DNA of 64,000 bases, from the NCBI GenBank assembly GCA_044240055.1, contig JBIIAG010000010.1, forward strand, positions 18,463 through 82,462, in the 5' to 3' direction. A program made the position numbers and the translations under genes. The notes below the pieces were generated by a model. The model did not search any database. It was given only the letters and a program-made list of their open reading frames with translations, and had not been told where the DNA came from. Positions 28,758 to 37,198 of this stretch are shown here, in pieces; within the stretch, counting starts at the first letter, position 1, and each line of letters begins with the position of its first letter. The DNA is from Crocinitomicaceae bacterium (lineage in GTDB: Bacteria > Bacteroidota > Bacteroidia > Flavobacteriales_D > Crocinitomicaceae).

Positions 28758-30092
28758 ATGGGACTTTTCAGCAAGAAAACAGAAGGCGGAATGATGGATG
28801 TGATTCGCTGCGATGAGCATGAATATTTAGTTTGGAAATGGAGTCCCTCTGGAGAAGCTAATTCCACAAAAAAAGAAAATGCCATCCGCTATGGAAGTAG
28901 TTTACGCGTGAAAGATGGTGAACTTGCTGTTTTCGTGTACCAACAAAAAGACGGTTCCATGCAGGACTTTATTGTAGGTCCTTTTGATCAAACCATTAAA
29001 TCAGCCAATTTCCCAATACTAACTTCCATTGTCGGTGCAGCTTTTGGCGGATCTTCTCCTTTTCAGGCTGAAATATACTTTATCAATTTAGCAGGAAATA
29101 TTCCAATTAAATTTGGCGTACCCTATTTCAATATTACCGACAGTAGATTGCCTGATTTTCCAGTTCCGATGTCTGTAAGGGGACAACTCATTTTTAATAT
29201 CACAGACTACAAATTATTTATTAAAAATACGCGACTAATTAATTTTGAGTTAGAAGACTTTAAAAATCTTGTTAAATCAGCTGTTACAAGTAGTGTAAAA
29301 TCTGGTGTAATGAATATTAACCGCACCAACCCACTGAACTTGGTTCAAATTGAGGAAAATCTTGATTTGATAAATGAGCATCTAAGGACCAAACTTAAAG
29401 ATATTTTTACTGAGGATTTCGGAGTCAACCTAAAACGCTTTGACATTGATTCTTTGGAATTAGATCAAGAAAGTGAAGGATTTAAAAAACTGATACAAGT
29501 AACCAGAAATCAGCAAGAAAAAACATTAACAGCTCAAACAGATGTTGCGATCAAAAACATGAATGACATGCAAGGTATGAATGCTGAAAACTTAGAAGAA
29601 ACCTTGCGTATCCAACGTGAAGAAGCTCAAAGGGCTCAGAAATTGCAAACCGAAACCAATTTTATTGGCGCTCATGCCCTGAACCAACAAACGGATGTTT
29701 TAAAAACCGGCGCTGAAAGTTTGGGTACTATGGGTGATATGAATTCAGGCGGTGGTATGAACCCTGCAGGAATGATGACGGGAATGATGATGGGAGGAGC
29801 CATGGGAAATCAAATGGCTGGTATGATGAACAATATGGGGCAAAATATGCAACAACAGCAAAATACACCACCTCCACCTCCCACAATTTCATATAGTGTT
29901 GCAATAAACGGTCAAACAGCTGGACCCTTTAATTTACAGCAATTACAACAAATGGTTCAAAATGGACAGCTGACTCAAAATACGCATGTGTGGAAGCAAG
30001 GAATGACCGCGTGGGAATTAGCTGGGAATGTACCAGAAATTAACACTTTATTCGCTGCAGTTCCTCCTCCACCTCCACCTCCGACACTATAA
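28758..30092 (+). CDS. YdjI/COG4260-type SPFH-like protein with an M/G/N/Q-rich disordered linker, poly-Pro tracts and a C-terminal GYF_2 domain
   Basis: 444 aa. The N-terminal ~300 aa resembles B. subtilis YdjI as I recall it (VIRCDEHEYLVWKW..., RVKDGELAVFV). The linker is GGMNPAGMMTGMMMGGAMGNQMAGMMNNMGQNMQQQQ and is followed by PPPPP. The GYF_2-like segment reads YSVAINGQTAGPFNLQQLQQMVQNGQLTQNTHVWKQGMTAWELAGNVPEI. The protein ends in PPPPPPPP. Confidence 0.65.
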   Translation: MGLFSKKTEGGMMDVIRCDEHEYLVWKWSPSGEANSTKKENAIRYGSSLRVKDGELAVFVYQQKDGSMQDFIVGPFDQTIKSANFPILTSIVGAAFGGSSPFQAEIYFINLAGNIPIKFGVPYFNITDSRLPDFPVPMSVRGQLIFNITDYKLFIKNTRLINFELEDFKNLVKSAVTSSVKSGVMNINRTNPLNLVQIEENLDLINEHLRTKLKDIFTEDFGVNLKRFDIDSLELDQESEGFKKLIQVTRNQQEKTLTAQTDVAIKNMNDMQGMNAENLEETLRIQREEAQRAQKLQTETNFIGAHALNQQTDVLKTGAESLGTMGDMNSGGGMNPAGMMTGMMMGGAMGNQMAGMMNNMGQNMQQQQNTPPPPPTISYSVAINGQTAGPFNLQQLQQMVQNGQLTQNTHVWKQGMTAWELAGNVPEINTLFAAVPPPPPPPTL

Positions 30093-30109
30093 ATTTTATT
30101 TTTTGATAA

Positions 30110-30457
30110 ATGGAAGATAACTTTTTTGCGATAGACAAACTTGTTGAGTTTGGCCTTAGTATGGCTGTTGCACAACAAATGGTAAAAACAATGAACCATA
30201 CGATGGAACATATGCACGTATCTGGACATCAGAATACACATCTAGCACCTATGCAAGTTCTGTATTATGCTGTTATTGATAACCAACAAGCTGGTCCTTT
30301 TTCCGAACATGAAATAAGTCGTTTAATCACGTCAAAAGAAATAACAAAAGAATCGTTTATCTGGAAGCCAGGCTTATCTAATTGGGTGCACGCTGAGCAA
30401 ATTCCTGAAATTTTAAAGCTTGTGATTCTTTGTCCACCAACACTACCAAAACCATAA
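30110..30457 (+). CDS. small GYF_2 (DUF4339) domain protein
   Basis: 115 aa. YYAVIDNQQAGPFSEHEISRLITSKEITKESFIWKPGLSNWVHAEQIPEI parallels the C-terminal domain of the preceding protein. Confidence 0.6.
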   Translation: MEDNFFAIDKLVEFGLSMAVAQQMVKTMNHTMEHMHVSGHQNTHLAPMQVLYYAVIDNQQAGPFSEHEISRLITSKEITKESFIWKPGLSNWVHAEQIPEILKLVILCPPTLPKP

Positions 30458-30462
30458 CTAAC

Positions 30463-30807
30463 ATGAAAATAAATTCAAGTTTCACGATAATATCCATTAT
30501 TTTAAGCGCTCTCATCTCTTATGGATTTTATTCCTATGCAAGTGAAGAAAGTAAGAATCTAATTACCATTGGCAGTTTTATTTCAATGGTGATTCCGCTT
30601 ATTTTTATGCTGTGTGTTCAATATGAATTACCACGAACAACAATGAACATTCGGGCAATCTCGTCCGTTTTTCTGATGCTTTTCATTTTCCTGAATTTTT
30701 TAGAAGTTATCGTTAAACTCTCGACTCCCTTGTACATTGTAAGTTCAGGAATTTTACTTTGTGTCTTTCTCATTCTATTGACTTCAATAAACCGTGCTAA
30801 GCAATAA
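30463..30807 (+). CDS. small integral membrane protein (about 4 TM helices)
   Basis: Start refined to the in-frame ATG (MKINSSFTIISIILSAL...), 5 nt after the preceding stop. Four hydrophobic stretches are present. Confidence 0.55.
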   Translation: MKINSSFTIISIILSALISYGFYSYASEESKNLITIGSFISMVIPLIFMLCVQYELPRTTMNIRAISSVFLMLFIFLNFLEVIVKLSTPLYIVSSGILLCVFLILLTSINRAKQ

Positions 30808-30892
30808 GTCAAGGAAGAATTAGTTTCTCAATAAGCCCATGAAGGCATTGTGAAATACTCATCGGTTCAAGTTGAAAATTTACATGTTCTGT

Positions 30893-32176
30893 TTAGGTAA
30901 TGAACTTCCTAAAATATTCCCTGAAATATTCCTCTGTGAAAATGGGATAATTTAAATATGCTACTTGATTTAATAATCGACGCCAAATTTCTTCCCGTTC
31001 CGTAGCATCTTGACACAGTTCGTGTTGGAACAAATAAACGAACAAAAGAAGAAATTCATCATAACCATAACGCAAATAACTAAGATCAATTTGATGCAAG
31101 TACGTTTTTGCATTTTTTGTTTGTCCTATAAAAAGGTGATGCTGTACTAATGATAGATAGTAGACATTCAACTGGGATAAATTGTACCAAAAATGGAGAT
31201 TTGCTGCATGTTTTTCAAAACTGGCTAAAAAATGAGAGAATTCCATGGAAGGAAAAACTAGACACTGTACATTTGAAACGAAAATATATTCCAACGTTCG
31301 CTCTGGACTCTTTTTAATCAAGTTTGACCAGTTACGAAATACCTGTTCTCGCTCGGACAATTCAGGTTTAATCAACAAGTTTAAAGCAGCGATTCTGCCA
31401 TACAAAATGGGGTGTAAATTCTCATGAAGTTTTGGCAAAAGGGCTATGTGCTCAGATGTGATTTCCATTCCATTTAGCAAATCTTTCCAAATCAACAAGC
31501 CATTGGTGAAAATCAAGGATTCCTCATCAAGGTTAGGTAATTGATTCACATATGAAATCCATCTCCCATACTTTTTATTCAACCCGGAATAATCAACAAA
31601 CATTTTCAAAACAAGATCCCGAAATAAGGGCAATTTGAGCAATTCATTTTCAAATTCCTCGTCCTCTATAAACCGAAATTGGCGTCCAACAACGACACCA
31701 ATCTTCAAAGCAATCTCATAAGGCAAATTTGAAAAAGACCATTCATCTTGAGATAAAACAACTTGTAAGGAGGGTAAATCTCGTCTATAAATCAATTCTC
31801 GCAACAGCACAGTAAACGAATAGGGGAAATCCTCTTTTTGAGAGAAACGGTATTTGAGGATACTCACCAATTCCGGCGCTTCACCTTCATCAATTCCAAA
31901 AAATAAATTCTCCCATTTGGGCCATTCATCTACGGAATGAAACCGATTAGTAAAATCACGATACGATGAAAACCCAATGTATTTCGACAAAGCATCTAAA
32001 GTGGATAAGCGTGGGACTCTGTATTCAATAATCCCAAACAAACGACGAAACGTATTGTAAGAAACAAAAATATTGGTCTTAGCGAATAAATCTAGTGCAA
32101 GTGTCTCACAATCTGACCTCTTTTGGATTTTATGTCCAAACACCTTTTCAACCTCTTGTTTTAATTCTTGAATCAC
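30893..32176 (-). CDS. hypothetical all-alpha protein with an N-terminal HTH-like segment (paralogue 2 of 2)
   Basis: 427 aa. It is colinear with ORF 25639..26931 and diverged, which rules out a recent duplicate. Confidence 0.6.
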   Translation of the reverse strand: MIQELKQEVEKVFGHKIQKRSDCETLALDLFAKTNIFVSYNTFRRLFGIIEYRVPRLSTLDALSKYIGFSSYRDFTNRFHSVDEWPKWENLFFGIDEGEAPELVSILKYRFSQKEDFPYSFTVLLRELIYRRDLPSLQVVLSQDEWSFSNLPYEIALKIGVVVGRQFRFIEDEEFENELLKLPLFRDLVLKMFVDYSGLNKKYGRWISYVNQLPNLDEESLIFTNGLLIWKDLLNGMEITSEHIALLPKLHENLHPILYGRIAALNLLIKPELSEREQVFRNWSNLIKKSPERTLEYIFVSNVQCLVFPSMEFSHFLASFEKHAANLHFWYNLSQLNVYYLSLVQHHLFIGQTKNAKTYLHQIDLSYLRYGYDEFLLLFVYLFQHELCQDATEREEIWRRLLNQVAYLNYPIFTEEYFREYFRKFIT

Positions 32177-32257
32177 GATTCAAATGTACCACTTATGTAC
32201 CAAATATTAAAAACACGTTTCTTAATTTTGAGGCCATTAAAAATTCTTCGTTTACCA

Positions 32258-32560
32258 ATGAAAAAAACAGCTATTTTAAATCTCATAGGTCTGTTATTAA
32301 TAGTCTTGTTCAGTTCGTGTGCTAAAAAAGCAGAGGACTATGCATACCTCGTTGATTCCTACAGGAAAATTTGCTGTAAGACACTAAGTTCAAACACAAT
32401 CCCCTTAGATGTAAGAAAACGGGCAATGCGAAAGAAAATAAAGCTTGAACAAGATTTCAAGGAAGCTTTAAGACATTTAAAACAAAATGGAAAAGAGAAG
32501 CTGACCAAGCAATGGTCAGAAGTGATTGTTGATGCCGAAAATGGAAAGTGCAAGTATTAA
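32258..32560 (+). CDS. small basic lipoprotein
   Basis: Start refined to the in-frame ATG giving MKKTAILNLIGLLLIVLFSSCAKK (lipobox). It is divergent from paralogue 2. Confidence 0.5.
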   Translation: MKKTAILNLIGLLLIVLFSSCAKKAEDYAYLVDSYRKICCKTLSSNTIPLDVRKRAMRKKIKLEQDFKEALRHLKQNGKEKLTKQWSEVIVDAENGKCKY

Positions 32561-32566
32561 AGTCCT

Positions 32567-33202
32567 TTAGTGCGCATCTTTCACCTTATTCATGGTCGTT
32601 AAAAACGTTTCCATTTCTTGCGCCCCACTAACCGCATATTTACGATCAAAAACGAAAAAAGGCACTCCTCTTACGCCGAATTGCTGAGCCAGGTTAATAT
32701 CTGAATCAATTTCTTGCGAATATTCTCCAGTTAAAATCTTTATATCCAAAGCTGTGGTGTTTAATCCTACCTCCGCTGCTAATTCAACCAGGATGTTTAC
32801 ATCATCAATGTTTTTCCCTTCCACGAAATGTGCTTCAAACAATCGCTCTTCCATTTCGTGTTGGAAGCCTTGTACTCGAGATTCGTGTAGTAATTGATGC
32901 GCTTTCATCGTATTTGCAAGTACAACATCACTGAATTGATAATCAAGTCCAACTGCACTACCAGATTCGGTGATGTGAGACGTCATTTGACGCGCTTGCT
33001 CTTCGGCAAACCCTTTATTTTCAGCTAAATACTGAAAAATGGATACTGTAGGATCACTTGTCAAATCGGGATTTAACAGAAATGATTTCCACTCAATTTC
33101 AACATCATCTTTTCCTGAAAACTGAGCTAACGCTAAATCAAATTTTCGTTTACCCAAGTAACAAAATGGACAAGCAATATCACTCCAAATTTCAATTTTC
33201 AT
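32567..33202 (-). CDS. DsbA family (FrnE-like) thiol oxidoreductase
   Basis: 211 aa. N-terminus IEIWSDIACPFCYLGKRKF (CPFC active site). C-terminus GVRGVPFFVFDRKYAVSGAQ. Confidence 0.8.
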   Translation of the reverse strand: MKIEIWSDIACPFCYLGKRKFDLALAQFSGKDDVEIEWKSFLLNPDLTSDPTVSIFQYLAENKGFAEEQARQMTSHITESGSAVGLDYQFSDVVLANTMKAHQLLHESRVQGFQHEMEERLFEAHFVEGKNIDDVNILVELAAEVGLNTTALDIKILTGEYSQEIDSDINLAQQFGVRGVPFFVFDRKYAVSGAQEMETFLTTMNKVKDAH

Positions 33203-33330
33203 TTCGCGTTTTTTTTAGTGGAAAAATTGGTTAAATCGGCTTTTTCGTAATTGGTGACGAATTTACGTAAAAGAAACCGCTGAGAATTAACAAATATGAG
33301 CTATTCTTGTTCTAAATTAAACGAAACAAC

Positions 33331-33960
33331 ATGGGACTCGTTCGAATAGACAGACCGCAAATTGAACAGATGGATAAAATCCAACGGTTAAACCTAATCA
33401 ATAGCTGCACGGGATATAAATCCGCGAATTTAATTGGCACGATTTCAAATTCAGGTAAAACCAACGTAGCCGTTTTCTCTAGCGTGACACACATCGGAAG
33501 TGATCCTGCGTTAATTGGATTTATTATTCGTCCAAGTTTCACTCCAAGGAATACATATTCGAACATTAAAGAATACGGATATTTCTCCATCAATCACATT
33601 TACAGTGACATCATTGAAGAGGCGCATCAATCCTCGGCAAACTATACAGAGGATGAAAGTGAATTTGATTTTACTAAGTTGGAAGCCGTTTACCATGGGG
33701 GATGTCCCGTTCCATTTGTCAAAGGAAGTCCCGTTAAAATTCTGTGTAAATTCGTAAATGAATACCACATCAAAGAAAATGATTGTAGGCATATTATTGC
33801 TTCAATCGAAGCAATATTCTATGAAGAAGCGCTTCTAGATCATGAACACCATTTACAGCTTGAAAAAGGAAATGTGGTTGCTATTTCTGGATTGAAAGCC
33901 TATTCCCTCCCCAAACTTTTGAAAGAATTTCCAAGAGCTATCATTCCAAAAACGAAGTAA
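33331..33960 (+). CDS. flavin reductase-like (FMN-binding split-barrel) protein
   Basis: 209 aa. LINSCTGYKSANLIGTISNSGKTNVAVFSSVTHIGSDPALIGFIIRP resembles the flavin reductase-like domain pattern. The call rests on motif memory only. Confidence 0.45.
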   Translation: MGLVRIDRPQIEQMDKIQRLNLINSCTGYKSANLIGTISNSGKTNVAVFSSVTHIGSDPALIGFIIRPSFTPRNTYSNIKEYGYFSINHIYSDIIEEAHQSSANYTEDESEFDFTKLEAVYHGGCPVPFVKGSPVKILCKFVNEYHIKENDCRHIIASIEAIFYEEALLDHEHHLQLEKGNVVAISGLKAYSLPKLLKEFPRAIIPKTK

Positions 33961-33961
33961 C

Positions 33962-34942
33962 TCACTTCACCTCTACACCGAATTCTCTGAATCGAGCAAG
34001 CAACATATCTAATTCATATGTGCGGTAAATATATAGTTCAACGACCATGTAATTTGGATGATCTACCACTATTCGTTGACTTCTATGCAACAAGCGCTCG
34101 CGGACGTACGACATTGCCCAATCCGTAAATTTAATTCGAATGTATTCAGGTTCGCTATCCTTGAAACGCGCCACTCCCAAACAATGTTTGAAATAATCTT
34201 TTAATCCAACTTTGTGGGCGAGGTCAGCATGGTGAAAATGGATTGTCCGAATCATTGAATTCCCTTCTTCAATCTCTAGCTGTGCCGGCGCTATGACATA
34301 ATCTTCAATCATGTCAAAGGCAAATATTTTAATGCTTCGCTTGAATTGATCTTCTGAATTATCCTTGTAATCCACAGCGACTAAATAAAACCTTCCATCG
34401 TAAAATTTCACTTGAAGCGGTGCGACAATCTGCAATTTAGATCGATAGGTGGTGTGAATTGGTTTATACCAAAACTGAATTGCTTCTTGCTCAAAAATGC
34501 TTTGGACAATTTCCTTCGCAAGGTTCATCGCCTTTCCTCCATCATCTAATGCGGAAAATGAGAAGGACAAAACAGATTCTAAATGAGATCCCTTAGCAGA
34601 AGTATCCTGCATGTGTTCGAGTCCAAGGTTTTTAGCCAGCTGATGTAGCATGAGTGAAGCGACATCTTGTTTTAATTCGGCTTGAATCCCATCGATTTCC
34701 ATTAGTTGATAGGAATGTCGTTTGGAAATATTGACGTGTTTTAAGGTGAGGCCAAGTTCCTCTCGAATAAACTGCAAATCAGATTCCAAGGTGCGGCGAC
34801 TGATTTTTTTCTGTTCCAACAAGGGTAATTGATCATTTAAGTGAGCCAACATTTCTAAAAATGTAGCACGCTTATTTACCTGTTCTCTCAAGAACTTCAG
34901 TAAAACTTGAATCCTTTTACTTTGTGCAGTTAATTGAAACAT
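33962..34942 (-). CDS. HTH + WYL domain transcriptional regulator
   Basis: 326 aa. The N-terminal winged-helix-like segment reads ISRRTLESDLQFIREELGL. The central WYL-like block reads IQFWYKPIHTTYRSKLQIVAPLQVKFYDGRFYLVAVDYKD...IKIFAFDMIED. Confidence 0.6.
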   Translation of the reverse strand: MFQLTAQSKRIQVLLKFLREQVNKRATFLEMLAHLNDQLPLLEQKKISRRTLESDLQFIREELGLTLKHVNISKRHSYQLMEIDGIQAELKQDVASLMLHQLAKNLGLEHMQDTSAKGSHLESVLSFSFSALDDGGKAMNLAKEIVQSIFEQEAIQFWYKPIHTTYRSKLQIVAPLQVKFYDGRFYLVAVDYKDNSEDQFKRSIKIFAFDMIEDYVIAPAQLEIEEGNSMIRTIHFHHADLAHKVGLKDYFKHCLGVARFKDSEPEYIRIKFTDWAMSYVRERLLHRSQRIVVDHPNYMVVELYIYRTYELDMLLARFREFGVEVK

Positions 34943-35053
34943 ATGTCGAAAGTACGTTTTATTCCGTAATAAAATTGCGGTGTACTATTTTTTTTACACT
35001 TTTGACGATCGAAAGAAAAAAATAAATATTTTTAGCACTATAAAAATGAAACC

Positions 35054-35224
35054 ATGGAACAACACGTAGAATTACAAGCGGAAATTGATCAGTTAAAGTC
35101 ACAATTAACAGGGGACTTATTTTCCGACATGGACATTAAAGATTCTATACACAACTTGGAAATGAAGTTGAATGGTGTGCGTCCAATGGACAGTCACATT
35201 GATTGTGTAGGTTGTGGTTCCTAG
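35054..35224 (+). CDS. candidate small ORF (56 aa) ending in CVGCGS
   Basis: Hand translation: MEQHVELQAEIDQLKSQLTGDLFSDMDIKDSIHNLEMKLNGVRPMDSHIDCVGCGS. It falls below the ORF-track size cutoff. It is divergent from the WYL regulator, and its stop overlaps the convergent VOC gene stop. Coordinates are hand-counted (+/- 1-2 nt). Confidence 0.25.
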   Translation: MEQHVELQAEIDQLKSQLTGDLFSDMDIKDSIHNLEMKLNGVRPMDSHIDCVGCGS

Positions 35225-36291
35225 TCTTTAATTCTAGAGAAACGCAAGAACTTCAGCATGAAATCCGGTAAGGGTTTCATCGGGTCTCTTTTCTCAACAT
35301 TTAAGAATAAGCCCCATTTCTCGACAATTGGAACTTTGAATACTTCTATCATTTCGATCAATGTTCCATCTGGATCATCAATGTAAACACAATGAACTTT
35401 TGTATTACCCATGCTTAATGCCGATTGACTATCGCATGTAAATGGGAATCCTTTTGCTGACATGTCTTTTTCCAAATCACGCATGCCTTTCACATCGAGT
35501 CCTAAGTGAACGAATCCATAATCTCCCCAGATGCGTCCTTTAAATATTTTTTGAGGAACTCGGTCTATTGCCTGAACCAATTCAATGTAATTTTTACCCG
35601 TTACTTTACCGAATCCACCACCAGTTGGTTTGGATTTTGTCAGTAAAACTCTGCGAAATCGTTCCATACCATTCGGCAATTCACTCCAATCAGAAAATAC
35701 AGCAGTTTGATCAAAAACGACCTCATCAAAACCCAAAATATCACGGTACAATTTCATGGATTCATCGGCATTCGCCACACCAATACTAAGTCCAAGCACA
35801 CCACCTGAATGATGTCCTGTATTCGAATAAAATTCATTGTTCTCCACAAATTGAAACAAATTTCCGTCAGAATCATTGATGAAAAATCCCTTTCGTTGAT
35901 CTGGTCCTGTTTGAATTGATTTTGTCGGTGTCAAATTTTTGACAAGCTCATGACTTTCTTGAATATTGCGTGATTTCATTTGAACCGCATTGATTCCTAA
36001 ATCTCCCCAAGCAAAGGTGTTTAGGTTTCCTTTTCCTTTAAACGATGTTGCTTCGATGACTTCCATCGCACAACCTCCTTGAAGGTTCATGATCATACTT
36101 GCTCGCTTGGTCATGGTGACACCATGTGTGTATACATCCATCAATGGAGCCGCCTGAACAGAATCGAAAAAGGGAATGTCCATTCCAAACAATTTTCGGT
36201 AAAGTGGAAGCATTTTATTCATATCACTTACAGCTACTCCGATGTGCTGCATACCATTGACGTTCACATATGTTGATTTCATGTGTTTCAA
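35221..36291 (-). CDS. multi-module VOC (glyoxalase/bleomycin resistance/dioxygenase) family protein
   Basis: 356 aa. The N-terminal module is MQHIGVAVSDMNKMLPLYRKLFGMD. The second module is GVLGLSIGVANADESMKLYRDILGFDEV, and the third is FVHLGLDVKGMRDL. Confidence 0.7.
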   Translation of the reverse strand: MKHMKSTYVNVNGMQHIGVAVSDMNKMLPLYRKLFGMDIPFFDSVQAAPLMDVYTHGVTMTKRASMIMNLQGGCAMEVIEATSFKGKGNLNTFAWGDLGINAVQMKSRNIQESHELVKNLTPTKSIQTGPDQRKGFFINDSDGNLFQFVENNEFYSNTGHHSGGVLGLSIGVANADESMKLYRDILGFDEVVFDQTAVFSDWSELPNGMERFRRVLLTKSKPTGGGFGKVTGKNYIELVQAIDRVPQKIFKGRIWGDYGFVHLGLDVKGMRDLEKDMSAKGFPFTCDSQSALSMGNTKVHCVYIDDPDGTLIEMIEVFKVPIVEKWGLFLNVEKRDPMKPLPDFMLKFLRFSRIKD

Positions 36292-36297
36292 ACTGTT

Positions 36298-37197
36298 TTA
36301 TTTCGTAATAAATTCATGTGTTTTTCTCAAAAAAGCAAGTGTTTCCGACTCCTCAGAACCTTCCTCTAATTCGAGGTTGTATTCCCAATTTGCACGCGGT
36401 GGCATGCTCATAAGGATAGACTCTGTTCGTCCTCCGGAATAAATTCCAAATTTAGTTCCTCGATCGTGCAGTAAGTTGAATTCGACATACCTACCTCTGC
36501 GCATCGCTTGCCAATTTAACTCTGTTTCCGTTGCTTCGTTTAATTTAATCGAATCTACTTGATGCTTGTATGCAACAGGAAACAACTTTCCAAGGGAAAG
36601 ACAATACTCAAAAATATCTTTTTTAGACAAACCACAAGTTTCATCCAAATGATCGAAGAAAATTCCGCCAATTCCACGCGACTCTTCACGATGAGGTAAA
36701 TAGAAATAACGGTCTGCCCATTCTTTGAACTTTGGATAAAAATCTGTTGAAAATTGATCCGATGTATCTTTTAATTGCTGATGAAAATCAACGGCTAACG
36801 TACGATCCACAAAATGCGGTGTCAAATCAATTCCACCACCGAACCAATACGTCGCACCATTATCCAACTCAAAATATCGAACATTCATGTGAATGATTGG
36901 ATGTCTCGGATGCTTTGGATGTAGGACAATCGAAACTCCGGTAGCAAAAAAGTGTTCGCCATCTAAATTCAATTGCTTTTTCATCGCTTCAGAAACAGGG
37001 CCATGTACTGCAGAGAAGGCAACGCCACCTTTTTCGAAAATTCGACCATTGCTAATCGTTCGCGTATATCCACCCCCGCCTTCTGCACGTGTCCATGGAT
37101 CTTCCATAAACGTTGCTTGTCCATCAATTACCTCTAAGGCTTGACAAATATGCAGCTGTAATCCTCTATAAGATTCCTCTATTTCTTTACGCGTCAT
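36298..37197 (-). CDS. hemF: oxygen-dependent coproporphyrinogen III oxidase
   Basis: Motifs GGGYTRT, FEKGGVAFS, FFATGVSIVLHPKHPRHPIIHMNVRYFE, WFGGGIDLTP and RRGRYVEFNL. The start is set at the ATG (MTRKEIE), giving 299 aa. The upstream TTG would overlap the preceding gene. Confidence 0.92.
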   Translation of the reverse strand: MTRKEIEESYRGLQLHICQALEVIDGQATFMEDPWTRAEGGGGYTRTISNGRIFEKGGVAFSAVHGPVSEAMKKQLNLDGEHFFATGVSIVLHPKHPRHPIIHMNVRYFELDNGATYWFGGGIDLTPHFVDRTLAVDFHQQLKDTSDQFSTDFYPKFKEWADRYFYLPHREESRGIGGIFFDHLDETCGLSKKDIFEYCLSLGKLFPVAYKHQVDSIKLNEATETELNWQAMRRGRYVEFNLLHDRGTKFGIYSGGRTESILMSMPPRANWEYNLELEEGSEESETLAFLRKTHEFITK

Positions 37198-37198
37198 G

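Noticed and set aside
29975-30241. Minus-strand ORF containing a GGGGGGG run
   Set aside because: It is the antisense shadow of the poly-proline tail of the SPFH-GYF gene and spans an intergenic gap, so it is not coding.
30430-30462. TTG-initiated extension of the 4-TM protein ORF overlapping the preceding GYF gene; analogous extensions occur at 32168, 40637, 44732, 55896, 17703 and 61381
   Set aside because: In each case an in-frame ATG immediately precedes the signal peptide, TM segment or conserved N-terminal motif, and using it removes the overlap.
25639-32176. The paralogue-flanked segment as a mobile genomic island or known defence island
   Set aside because: I saw no integrase, transposase, tRNA attachment site, terminal repeats or recognisable defence genes. 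The flanking paralogues are too diverged to be recent duplication scars. I keep it as a candidate functional module only.
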